A stretch of DNA of 64,000 bases from Podarcis melisellensis (taxonomy: Eukaryota). Below the pieces are notes generated by a model, which worked only from the letters and a program-made list of their open reading frames with translations, was not told the origin of the DNA and did not search any database. The translations under genes were made by a program, and so were the position numbers. Numbering within the stretch: position 1 is the stretch's first letter; the number at the start of each line of letters is the position of its first letter. The stretch lies in assembly GCA_964234715.1 (NCBI GenBank), contig OZ174276.1. One strand, given 5' to 3'. Positions 1-10,030 of the stretch are shown here, in pieces.

Positions 1-277
1 GCCATTTCAGTAGCAGGTGAATTACTCTTAGAAAAAGTAGTAATAAGAAGTAAGGCTCTAGTGTGGTCATAATCCTAGAAAACAGAACAACATAATGCCT
101 AGGATTTGAAGTTTCTAATCCGACACTCCCAAGGGAACTTCGGGCCCCTGGATCTTGAACATCAGCCCGCTATGCCACATAATACACCTCTTTCACTGAT
201 ATGGGAAAGACAGATGAAACACCAAAATCATATTGTACATGGCTCAGGTCTTGGCATACTGAAAACAGGTGTGTTGA

Positions 278-490
278 CATAGAATCATAGAATTGCAGAG
301 TTAGGAGGGATCCCGAGTGTTCTCTAGTCCAAACACCTGCAATGCAGGAATCTCCATGACAGATAGCCACCCAGCCCCTGCTCAACAACCACCCGTGAGG
401 CCACCACCTTCCGAGGGAGTCAGTTCCATTATGGAACAGCTCTTACCGCCACAAGGTCTTCCTGGTATTTAGTCAGAATCTCCTTTCTTG
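278..490 (-). mobile_element. CR1 LINE 3'-end fragment
   Basis: Minus strand ends in ...ttggactagag...ctctgcaattctatgattctatg, the CR1 terminal hairpin plus (ATTCTRTG)n tail. Confidence 0.7.
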
Positions 491-775
491 AGTTAGGTTT
501 ATGTGTCAAAACAATATAGACCAAAGTTATTTGTTTTTCCATTGGTTGTGTGTGAGTGATTGAGGGATAAGGACAAACAAGGTGAATGGGACTGGGGGTG
601 CTACTGTAGTGGACATCCATGTACGTTGTTGAGCTGCCGCCTTATCCCAGTGGGAAGCCAAAAGAGCACTTCTGCTACAGTTAAATCATACAGGGTTATC
701 TAGGGACAAGATCAGTGAACATACTTTTTTCCATTTATACCTTTTTAGTCGTCAATAATCAATGACTTTTTTTAG

Positions 776-835
776 GAATTGATTCTAAACCGTTGGGTCT
801 CGTCCCATGAGCGCAGTGAACAAGAAGAGCTGTGA
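776..835 (+). CDS. TSEN2: tRNA-splicing endonuclease subunit Sen2, final coding exon (ELILNRWVSSHERSEQEEL*); rest of gene is upstream of window
   Basis: T-rich acceptor ttttttag at 768-775, 60-nt phase-0 exon ending in TGA. Peptide matches the recalled TSEN2 C-terminus (EVILSRWVSSRERSDQDDL). Expected synteny next to MKRN2OS. AATAAA at 869-874. Confidence 0.88.
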   Translation, partial: ELILNRWVSSHERSEQEEL

Positions 836-919
836 TAAAATGGATTGCGGAAACATGACAACAAAGTAAATAAAATGTCAAATGTTTACTCTTGTAGAGC
901 TGTCTGTGCATGTTGCATT

Positions 920-985
<66 letters not shown>
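920..985. repeat. Compound microsatellite (AC)n(AG)n
   Basis: Directly visible. Confidence 0.97.
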
Positions 986-987
<2 letters not shown>

Positions 988-2040
988 TTTTTGTTTTGTT
1001 TTAAAATTAAAACCTAGATGGATACTGGCAGATAATCTCTGAATCAATCCACAAAATGTATTTTCTGTAGTTCAGTACATTTTATTTTATTGCTATGGCT
1101 AGTGGCTGATGCAAATAAGATTCTTCTTCTCCTGAATCTATTTTATCCATGGAGAACATTAAATTTGTGTTCTTGGTCTACCTTGTCTTGATACTTCTGT
1201 GAACTTTAGCCATTCTGCTACAGGCAATTAACCAGACTTTAGCTCAGGGATGGGCAAGTTATAGCTCTCCAGAGGTTGCTGGACTACAGCTGACTATTGG
1301 CCATGGTGTTGGGGACCAGCAATATCTGCAGAGCTACAGCTGCTCCACCCCTGCCTTAACTCCTGGTACATAGTTATAATACACTGCACACTAGACTCCC
1401 AGTTTCACAAACTACAGAGCATCAAATTGCTTCCTCCTACTTTGGAAGCAAGAGGTGTTTGGAGAATGCAGATCAATAATGTTCAGAACGGCTTAGAGGA
1501 ATGCCTGTTTAGTCAGAGGTAAATCCCAGTGAGTTCAGTGGGGCTTACTCCTCAGGACTGTAGCACGAGTAAAGCCGTGTTTGTTTCGAATCAGAAACAC
1601 ACCAAGGATGGAATGTTTTCAGTTTTCTACCTACCATCCTTTGTAAACTAACATTGCTATAGAGTAAACGTGCAAATGAAAATAAGCTTTTTCTGTTAGG
1701 TTAATGATTTTGAAGGTTACTTGCAATATGAAAAAAACATAAAAATCAGAACATGCAAGAATGCAGATAATGTCTTTATTTTATTTCATTCTTCCAAATG
1801 TCATTGTTTAGAAAAGTAGAAGTTTATTGGAACAGCCTCAAGGTTCCATAGTCTTATGGATACTTGAGATTAATCCTCAATCTCTGTGGGACCGCCTTCT
1901 GAGTAAACGTGCAGCATGATTTAATACATGTGTTGCAGTCCCAGCTTCACGTTTTCTTGTGAGATGAAAGGAACAAGAAATATAAGTGCCTTAACATAAG
2001 GATTTTACTTCCATTGCTATATAGTTCCCTCATTATAAAT

Positions 2041-2263
2041 TCAAATGGCAGTGCCCTCCTGAGCAGGAAGGTCAACCGCATAGAAGCCATTTTTGCATAT
2101 TTCCTTGTAGATGGTGATATACTTGGAAGCTTTCCTTGTTCGTGGAATCACAAATCTCTCTGTAAATTCACTTTTATTCATTTGCTGCTTCTTTTGGGCG
2201 CTAAGAACACAGTTAATAAATGTTAGTGCATAGATGTAACAGTTATGGAGATGTTCTTCATAC
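2041..2263 (-). CDS. MKRN2OS: MKRN2OS coding exon 4 (YEEHLHNCY...EGTAI*)
   Basis: 3' part of ORF 2041..2466; ttaatag acceptor; TGA stop; minus-strand AATAAA at 1823-1828 and 1775-1780. Confidence 0.92.
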
Positions 2264-5200
2264 CTATTAAAGAGAGAACCAGAAATGAGCATAAGAAACC
2301 AATGTGATACATGACTATTAAACATTTTATAAGCTTTTGATGATGGTTCAGGCAGGCCATTATGCCAGAGCAATCCTTGACCAATGGAAACATGCACCAG
2401 CAGAACACCATTTACGGAAGGATTTTTAAAATGGTGGAATTTGGGGATGTGGTGAAGCAAAGCCACCGTTGCTTAGTGTCTTATGTTTGCTGAGGTTAGT
2501 CACATTCATTCTGTCTATACAAAGTTACACATGGAAATGATGGAAAGATGCAGATGCTAATATCACCTCTCCCCGCCCCCCCCCCCGACAAAACTTTCAT
2601 GTCATATGTGCCATGTGAGTTACATCATACTGCCCTCATATTTATTTTTTAAAAAACAACTACTACACAAGTGGAAACTTCTGCCTTCTATTTAAAGTTC
2701 TAACTTTCAGTATGAGGCTTAATTTTCCTTCAGTTATATTTGGTTCACCCATAAATTTATCTTGGATGCAGTTCTTACCACCTTTACATTTTTCTCTTCT
2801 TGGAAAGCTGAATTTAGCAATAGCATTTAATCTCTTTTTGCATATTGCCGTGTGCCCGAGATTCTACTTGTCCTGTGATTCTCCAGTGGGTAACAAAACA
2901 TGCATATATGGCATATGGAGCTGTAAGGATGTGGTTTGCATATGCTAACTGAAGTGTAACCGAGGAACTCTGTAGTCAGGTTAACTTTGCAATGTGTTCC
3001 TCATTATTATTAGAACAGTGCTGATTCATTAAAATTAGTCAAAATACAAAAAAAAAGCCAGGGAATGTCATCCTTGTATGATTTTATTTTATTTATTTAT
3101 TTTTTGGGTAAGTTTCTCACTTTGAAAACCTATTTCTCTAAAATTCAAAGTATGTATTGAGCTAATTTTTATGAGATACAAGTTTAGGTTTCTTAAAAGG
3201 ATGGAGTGGCTCTGAGTGCTTTTGCAGCCTATTCTTAGGCGACACACTACTGGGTGGGCTTGGCTTAAAACAAAAACAGATGATGGCCTCAACCGCAAAT
3301 TTTATGACTGCCTGTTTAGGATCCAGAACAAAATGGTTTTTTTAAAATAAAAAAATAAGATTTATGTCTTTCTTTCCTTACCGAACTGCAGTAAAATTAC
3401 AAATATCATGGTAGACACATGCTCTCACCACCAGCATTCCTTATGTCACACGCTCTTAGCAAAAAGAGTGCTGTAATTTTCAGAGTAGTGTGTTTGCCTG
3501 TAACTTTTCCAATGAGTCCCTTCTTGGATTACTTGAAACCTGCACAAAGCCCTTGTTCAATTAAGCTAAGAGAGAATATATTCTACGTTTACATTAATTT
3601 TTTCAAAATTCCAGAACTTGTAAGTAATCATCAGGTCTTTAACATTTGTTGGTCCTTTTTGGTACTTGTAATCATCACTGTATACATTATGCTGGGTCGC
3701 AGAAAAATAGCTTGACTAAAGCCTTTATTGGAATGACGTTCCTGTCGCTAGAAGTACTTGAAAAGCTAACATATGTTTTGTTTTCCACACTGAAACCATA
3801 GGCTGTACTCCAGGGACTATTTAGAATGTACCTCAAGAGAAATCAATCCTAATAATCATTGGATCAGTGACTATGGACACTGAAATGTTGCTAAGGCCTA
3901 GATTAGCCTTCTGGTACTCTGGAAATTTTGGACTACAACTCCTATCATTTCTGACAATTGCCTATGCTGACTGCAGCTGGTGGGAATGGTGGTTTAACGC
4001 AGCTGGAGAGCACCTGATTGAGAGAGGCTGACATAAATAATGAAAGCAGCAAAACCTGCCTGTATTCAATTTTGGTTTTGTTTGTTCGTCTTCCAACAGA
4101 AGTGCAATTCTGTACATGCTTACATCCTGTTCCCTCTTGATCAGTGTATCAAACGGTCATATACATTCCAATCAATTCCTGTTCCTTATGAAACACATCT
4201 GACAACTTTGAACAGAAGCTAAAGCCAGCAACAATATATTTGATTGCACAGATGAGCGTTAACTGAGAATAGAATGGAGTCCAGTGATAATTTATTCTGC
4301 AAAACCATAACACTACAAAGTTACATGGAACTGCTTGTGATGTCTCGAGTCACCTCTCCCTTCTAGTATTGTTCATACAATACATACTGTCAGAATCTCT
4401 GTTAAACCCAAAATATACAGAAATGGTTAAAGAAGGTTAATGAAGAAAGAGGCCTCAAAGTAATTTTGTCTAAAACCATTTCTCCAAATGACTACATCAG
4501 ATCCTTCTCTGAGTTACCACCTAGGCAGAGTTCCAAAACAAAGGATGTCTAGTTTAGCTGCCTTTGAACATAGTCACATTTGTCTATGGAGCTTCTTACC
4601 TGTGTGGAAGCCAGATTTCTGCTGCAGAGAATTGTTCTAGGTATGTATCCCATTGGTTAAGCAGGCCATACATGTCAGGCTGGACCAAATGAACACTTAC
4701 ACATTGTTCCCATCCATGCTCAGCTATGTTAACTCCAGTTTCGTTGTAATTATACACTAAACCTAAATACACAGCAACAGGACAAATCAGAAATGCAAGG
4801 ATTAGTTATGACATGTGGACCAATAGTATAATTCATTCCATTCTGTTAATTGCTGTCACTTGCAACATCATTCCCATTTCTTTTACAGGCTCATCTGAAC
4901 AGTAGTTCTAAAAAGGTTGGTTATATGAACCCTGAGTATGTAGTCCTATGAATGTCAGTGTAATGGCATAATTAATTACCTAAATTGTGTAATTTCTCCA
5001 CAGCAGAAAGCAAGACAACTAACATTTCTGGCAGAAGACAAACGGTGGTGGAATGGAAGCAGTGCTGCATAAAACCAATACAGGTGGAACAAAAAATTAT
5101 GCCTTCTTGCATCACTAGGCACAACTGAAAAGAGCTCTAGCTACAGGCAATCACATATGCGAACTTTCCCCAGCAAAAATGGTTATGTAGACTTAGCAGA

Positions 5201-7417
5201 AAGGGGATTGGTGGTAGAGATTGCAGTAAGGAGCCTGATATCTTGGAAAAGGAAAAGAAATCAAGGGCCAGAATGCCAGGAGGTTGAAGGGGGAGACATT
5301 GTAGGCAATAGGCAAAGGATGAGCAACCTGAGAGAAGGAAAAGAGTCCAATAGACATTTATGTTTCACATAGAGAATCTTAATTTAGAAAGTGAATTACA
5401 AATGTCTCTTACCATTAGTATTAGTTATTCCAACATGGAGATCAGAACTTCCATCATACCCTCTGAAAGAAGACATTTAATATCTTTTCATGTTAGAAAA
5501 CAATCCAGTTTTTGGGGAGGGAAATGCTATATTTTTGCAATATAGAGAAGTGTTCTGTTCCCTCTCTCTGCCCTGAAAAGACTGACTACAATCTTATCAA
5601 ATGTAATTACTGTTCCATTTAATTAATTAAACTTCTAAATGAGTAAAAGGCTGCCTCAATCTGGCAGCAAATTATACATAATATACATACAAAAAAAGCA
5701 TTTATAAAAACTGCAGGTGGTTAGCACCATATTAGAAGACAACAATAACAAGTTTATTTTGGAAATTATTTTCATCCTAATGCAAATGTTATTGATAGAT
5801 TACTTAACTAAAACTCATGCAAGTAATTGATCAATACTTTTCATCAGGTTGAACCCCACATTCTGTAGGTTTTATAACTCCTCTAAACCAGGAACCTTTA
5901 AGCTCCCCATTGTTGCTTTGCAGCTATGGGGTACCTGTCCCATGGCACCAAATACGACCACAGATGTGGGATAGTTGGGTGTGGTTTGCAAGGAATGGCC
6001 TCATATATTGAAGCAGGACTCCCGTTGGCCCAAATCTGGCCTGAAGCACAAGAGGTTCCCTACCCTTACTCTAAATCACGTGTTTCCCAAACTCTGGTCT
6101 CTAGCTGTTTTGGGACTACAGTTCTCATCATCCCAGACCACTCGTCCTGCTAGCTAGAGATGATGGGAGTTGTAGTCCCAAAACATCTGGAGACCTAAGA
6201 TTGAGAAATGCTACTCTAAACTGATCGTGGGATTTGTAACTCTATAAAGGTGTTGTTGTTGTTTGTTTGTTTTCATTTCTATATCGCTTTACAAGAAAAA
6301 ATATCAAAGCGGTTTACAGTTGATCACTAAATTGGACCTCCTGACCTGTCAATTTGGTTTCAAAACAAATTTTGACTCACTTTAGTAAATTATGCAGAAT
6401 TTACTCATTTCTACACCAGAGCTTAGATTAAGACCACATGGTTTGTCTGCAGAAGGTGCCATATTTATTTCATTTTTAAAGTTTTACAAACCATTTAATC
6501 CAAGAACTCTCTAAGTAGTGTACATAATAAAATTGTACCGAAATCCACTATTAAGAAACATACATGACATAATAATTATTAAGACACAGATGAAAACCAT
6601 AGAACTTCTAAAACAAATATAGGTAACTAAATCATAGGTCCGGGTAGGCTTGCTAAAATAAAAACTTTTTCAGTGCATGTCTGAAATATAGTGAGGGTGC
6701 TGCCAAACTAAATGATCAACTCCTCGCAAAGGCAGAGCAGACATTATATGGCACTTGTAAAAGTACAAGTTCCCCAGATCAAAGCAGTCAAATTGGCACA
6801 TGTAGGGCAATGCAATCCCTTAACTAAACTGGTCCCAAGCTCTTAAGGCCTTGATTGGCAGAACCTTGAATGTGGTCCAGTGACAAACTGACAACCAATA
6901 CGGTATAGATCTTTGAGCAATGGTACCATCGTGCTGGCAAAATCTCACTCCTATCAGTTATCATTCTGCACTGCACACTGCTCATTCCTTGGCACCTGTA
7001 ATCCTGCTGCCACATTGCAAGGATGAGAGAGAATTTAGCCCCCGATCTTGGGAAAACATTGCTGCCCATCAGTGGACTGCGGCAGATGGACTGATCTAAT
7101 CCATCGTAAGGTAGCTTTCATATGTCTTCTTTCTGAGCACACAATCAAGCAAAATGAACATAAATACTAAACATAGCATTGCTGAGCAGAAAATCCTACC
7201 TCAGAAAGGTTCCTGTAGTAGGTTTAAGTAAAAAAGAACATCTTTCTCTGTGCCCATTAACAAATGGGCTGGGGATAGTGACAGGTGCTTCTTCCAGTTT
7301 CCTGTAGAACAGGCTCTGCCCACACAGGGGACAATGCTTGGGCACAAAGGAACCAAAGATGTCTCTCTTACAGTGGCTGATTTTGATTAAGCCTCTCTCC
7401 GAGTCCAAAGGCTGCAT
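2041..7417 (-). CDS. MKRN2OS: MKRN2 opposite strand protein (DUF4796 family), spliced CDS join(7200-7417,5413-5462,4600-4762,2041-2263), 654 nt, 217 aa
   Basis: Four exons with GT-AG boundaries and continuous phase. Motifs CPLC, CSFLLKPTTGTFLR, DLHVGITNTNG, WLPHRYEEHLHNCYIYALTFINCVL match vertebrate MKRN2OS. Confidence 0.93.
4600..4762 (-). CDS. MKRN2OS: MKRN2OS coding exon 3 (LVYNYNETGV...GWEQCVSVHLVQPDMYGLLNQWDTYLEQFSAAEIWLPHR), 163 nt
   Basis: atttag acceptor, GTAAGA donor, open frame. Confidence 0.9.
5413..5462 (-). CDS. MKRN2OS: MKRN2OS coding exon 2 (GYDGSSDLHVGITNTNG), 50 nt
   Basis: ctttcag acceptor, GTAAGA donor, phase-consistent. Confidence 0.9.
6077..6213. mobile_element. Palindromic hAT-type MITE
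   Basis: Internal inverted repeat (gggactaca...tgtagtccc); 8-bp flanks ctctaaat / ctctaaac. Confidence 0.7.
7200..7417 (-). CDS. MKRN2OS: MKRN2OS coding exon 1 (MQPLDSERGLIKISHC...GTFLR)
   Basis: ORF 7196..7417; donor GTAGGA at 7199. Confidence 0.9.
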
Positions 7418-8153
7418 GATTTCTGCTCCTCCTTGTGCAAGTGCAGCTGGTCTTCTACCTGGTACAGCCTTATGGGTGAAAGGCAGAGCTTAATCACTGA
7501 AATGGGCATGGGAAAGTGGGTGGGATTTGTTAGCTGTGCAGGTGAGAATGACAGATCAGAGAGCCAATTACTCCTCTGAGAGAAGGAAGCCGAGAAGGGG
7601 GCAGGGAGGGAGGGTTTGCAGGTGGACATTTCCTTAAAGAGCTAGTATTTGTTTTTTCACATCATGATGTTATTCTGCTGTAGATTCACACAGTATGGCA
7701 GCTGTAATTTGCCCACTCCCGTGGTCAATATTGGCTCAGTTCCTGCTAGTGGCTAGCCTTTTGTTTCTCTGCAGATAAAACTGAAACCCCAAAGCTATGT
7801 TAAGTGATGTTAAACAGAAAGGCCCCTGTATTTTCTCTTTTGCACAGAAAGAAAACTGTGACTTGGAAGTTTGGGGCTTGCACCTGCTTCTCCGCTGACA
7901 TAGCAGTCAGGCAAACCTAGCAGCATAATACAGTGGTACCGAAAGGATTTGCTGAAATAACTAATTGAACTAGAATACAAAAAAGGGAGGTGTGAGGAGG
8001 TCAGGGAAACAAGTAAATGAAAGACAAGACATGGAAAGATTGACTTGTTTTTAATTGTTTTTACTTTTCTGTATTTTGGATTTTTTGTTTCTTTTTTCAT
8101 TTTTGTAACTTTTTTGAAACTAATAAATTTTTTTTTTTTAAAGAAACATAATA

Positions 8154-8378
8154 CAGTGGCACCTTGGGTTACAGACGCTTCAGGTTACAGACTCCGCTAA
8201 CCCAAAAATAGTACCTCGGGTTAAGAACTTTGCTTCAGGGTGAGAACAGAAATTGCGCAGCAGACGCGCAGTGGCAGCGGGAGCCCCATTAGCTAAAGTG
8301 GTGTCTCAGGTTAAGAACAGTTTCAGGTTAAGAACGGACCTCCAGAATGAATTAAGTTCTTAACCTGAGGTACCACTG
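8154..8378. mobile_element. Tc1/mariner (pogo/Tigger-like) MITE
   Basis: TA + CAGTGGcACCT...AGGTACCACTG + TA; same family as 33742-33957 in opposite orientation. Confidence 0.85.
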
Positions 8379-8984
8379 TAAAGCTGTTCTCACTGACCAC
8401 ATTCTAATATAACTGAAAGCAGCTCCAAACAAGAACCAAGGCAGTAATCAGAGCTAAAGGACCACCCAGGAATCCATCTTACTAGCTGCAGGAAGCAAGG
8501 TTTCTCTCTCCATGTGATCTGCCTGCCTGCTGTGTAAAGTTCTTGTGAGGAATTGGACTCTGCTCTACGAAACCCTGGAGCAGATTACTATGAAACTAAT
8601 GAAGTTTAAATTTCAGGGGCCCTAAGTGACTTCAGTCCACGTTGCTTAAAATTTTGGGGTCTAGTAGACTCAAATTGAGTCACATGACTCAAACTGATTA
8701 ATTTTCTGTTGTATATATTTCAACACCAACGTTTGAAAGTCTGTATTGCAGATGCTGCAAAGGTGGTGTGTCGTGGCAAGTTGGCTGTTCTGCTGAAGAG
8801 CGCTCAAATTCTTTCTGCATATTGCCTCTAGAAAATTACTTCCAAGAAGTAATTTTTTGGAATTACTTAGTGTACCCTAAGCACACTAAGTAGAGAATAG
8901 ACTTACTTCTGATTAAATCTACTTAGCCTTGCACATTGCATCTATATTTGGGGAGACAAGGAAGCAAAAGAAGGAAATATATTG

Positions 8985-9123
8985 TCTCTCAGTTGGCAGA
9001 GCTTAAGAGTCTAGATCTAAGCGTCATGGGTTTGAGCCCTACGTTGGCAAAAGATTTCTGCATTGCAGGGGGTTGGACTAGATGACCCTCGTGACCCCTG
9101 CGAACTCTACGATTCTATGATTC
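8985..9123 (+). mobile_element. tRNA-Lys-derived SINE with CR1-type 3' tail
   Basis: Degenerate A box (ctcagttggcagagc) and B box (gggtttgagccc) in a tRNA-Lys(CTT)-like head, then gggttggactagatgacc...attctatgattc. Confidence 0.75.
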
Positions 9124-9129
9124 CTGGTG

Positions 9130-10030
9130 TTTGTGACGCTTCCCGCCCGCCCTCCTTGCTAGATAGGGCGATGTGCAGCTCCCAAACGATTCGGCGCCAC
9201 CGTAGATTGAGAACGACTGTCTTGTTCAGAGGCGCCGCTAGAGGGCGCGCCGCCTCGCTCTCGCTTCAGGCGCGCGGCCGCTCTAGCCCCACAGGCTGGC
9301 AAGGCGCTTCGGCAAGTCTCCATGGCCGCCGCCGGCCTCCATTTCCGCCACAGCCAAAAGCATCCGGCTTCTAATTACAGCCGTGCGTGCTCTCCTAATG
9401 CCTTCCGACCGGAAACCAGTTCCTGCAAGAAGAGGCCGGGTAGCTTTGGCAGGGCTCCCAAACAGCTCCTCCTCCTCCTCCCTTCGCCCGCCGCCTTAAG
9501 CTCCTCAGGGCTCAGCGGAACCAAAATGCGAGGAGCTGCGCCGGGAGGGGACGCCGAAGCGGGAGCGGAGCCGGAGGAGACATGAGCAGCACTAAGGACG
9601 TGACCTGCAGGTCAGAGCCGCCGAGCACTGCGACCTCTCCCCTCCCCCACCCACCGCCCTACGGCGCGCGGGCACGCCCCGCCCCTCGCCGGGGAGGGGT
9701 CGAGAGGCGGCCGGGCTCCCTCCCTCCTCCCTCCCGTTAAACTCCCGAGAGCCCCCTCCCCCACCCAACGGAAGGGGAAGGAGAGGCGGGCGCCGCTGCT
9801 TCTGCTTCCTACCTTTGTTCCATTTCCCTGGTGACAGGCGGACACACCCCGCTCCCGCCTGCAGCCCCGTTGGTCCCAAAGCCCTGCAAGGGGACCCTCG
9901 TGGGCCTAGAAGCCACTAGGCGTATAGGAGGCCCTTTGGGATCTGGCCTCCTTGGGGGGAGAGGACGAGGCAACCTCTGTGATCCTGCCCCCCCCCCATC
10001 CCTACCTAGCTCGCCTCCGCACGCGCCTGT
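9130..10030. promoter_or_regulatory. CpG island; promoter of MKRN2, probably shared (bidirectional) with MKRN2OS
   Basis: Sharp rise in GC and CpG density against an AT-rich background. GC boxes (CCCCGCCCC ~9677), ETS-like CCGGAA (~9409) and YY1-like CCATGGCCGCC (~9320). Contains MKRN2 exon 1. Confidence 0.85.
9582..9610 (+). CDS. MKRN2: MKRN2 exon 1 coding part ([10 protein letters not shown])
   Basis: ATG at 9582 in CpG island; CAG|GTCAGA donor. Confidence 0.88.

Noticed and set aside
8985-9055. Possible tRNA-Lys gene
   Set aside because: Stems, anticodon and B box are degenerate, and the sequence continues into a CR1-type tail, so it is a SINE head.
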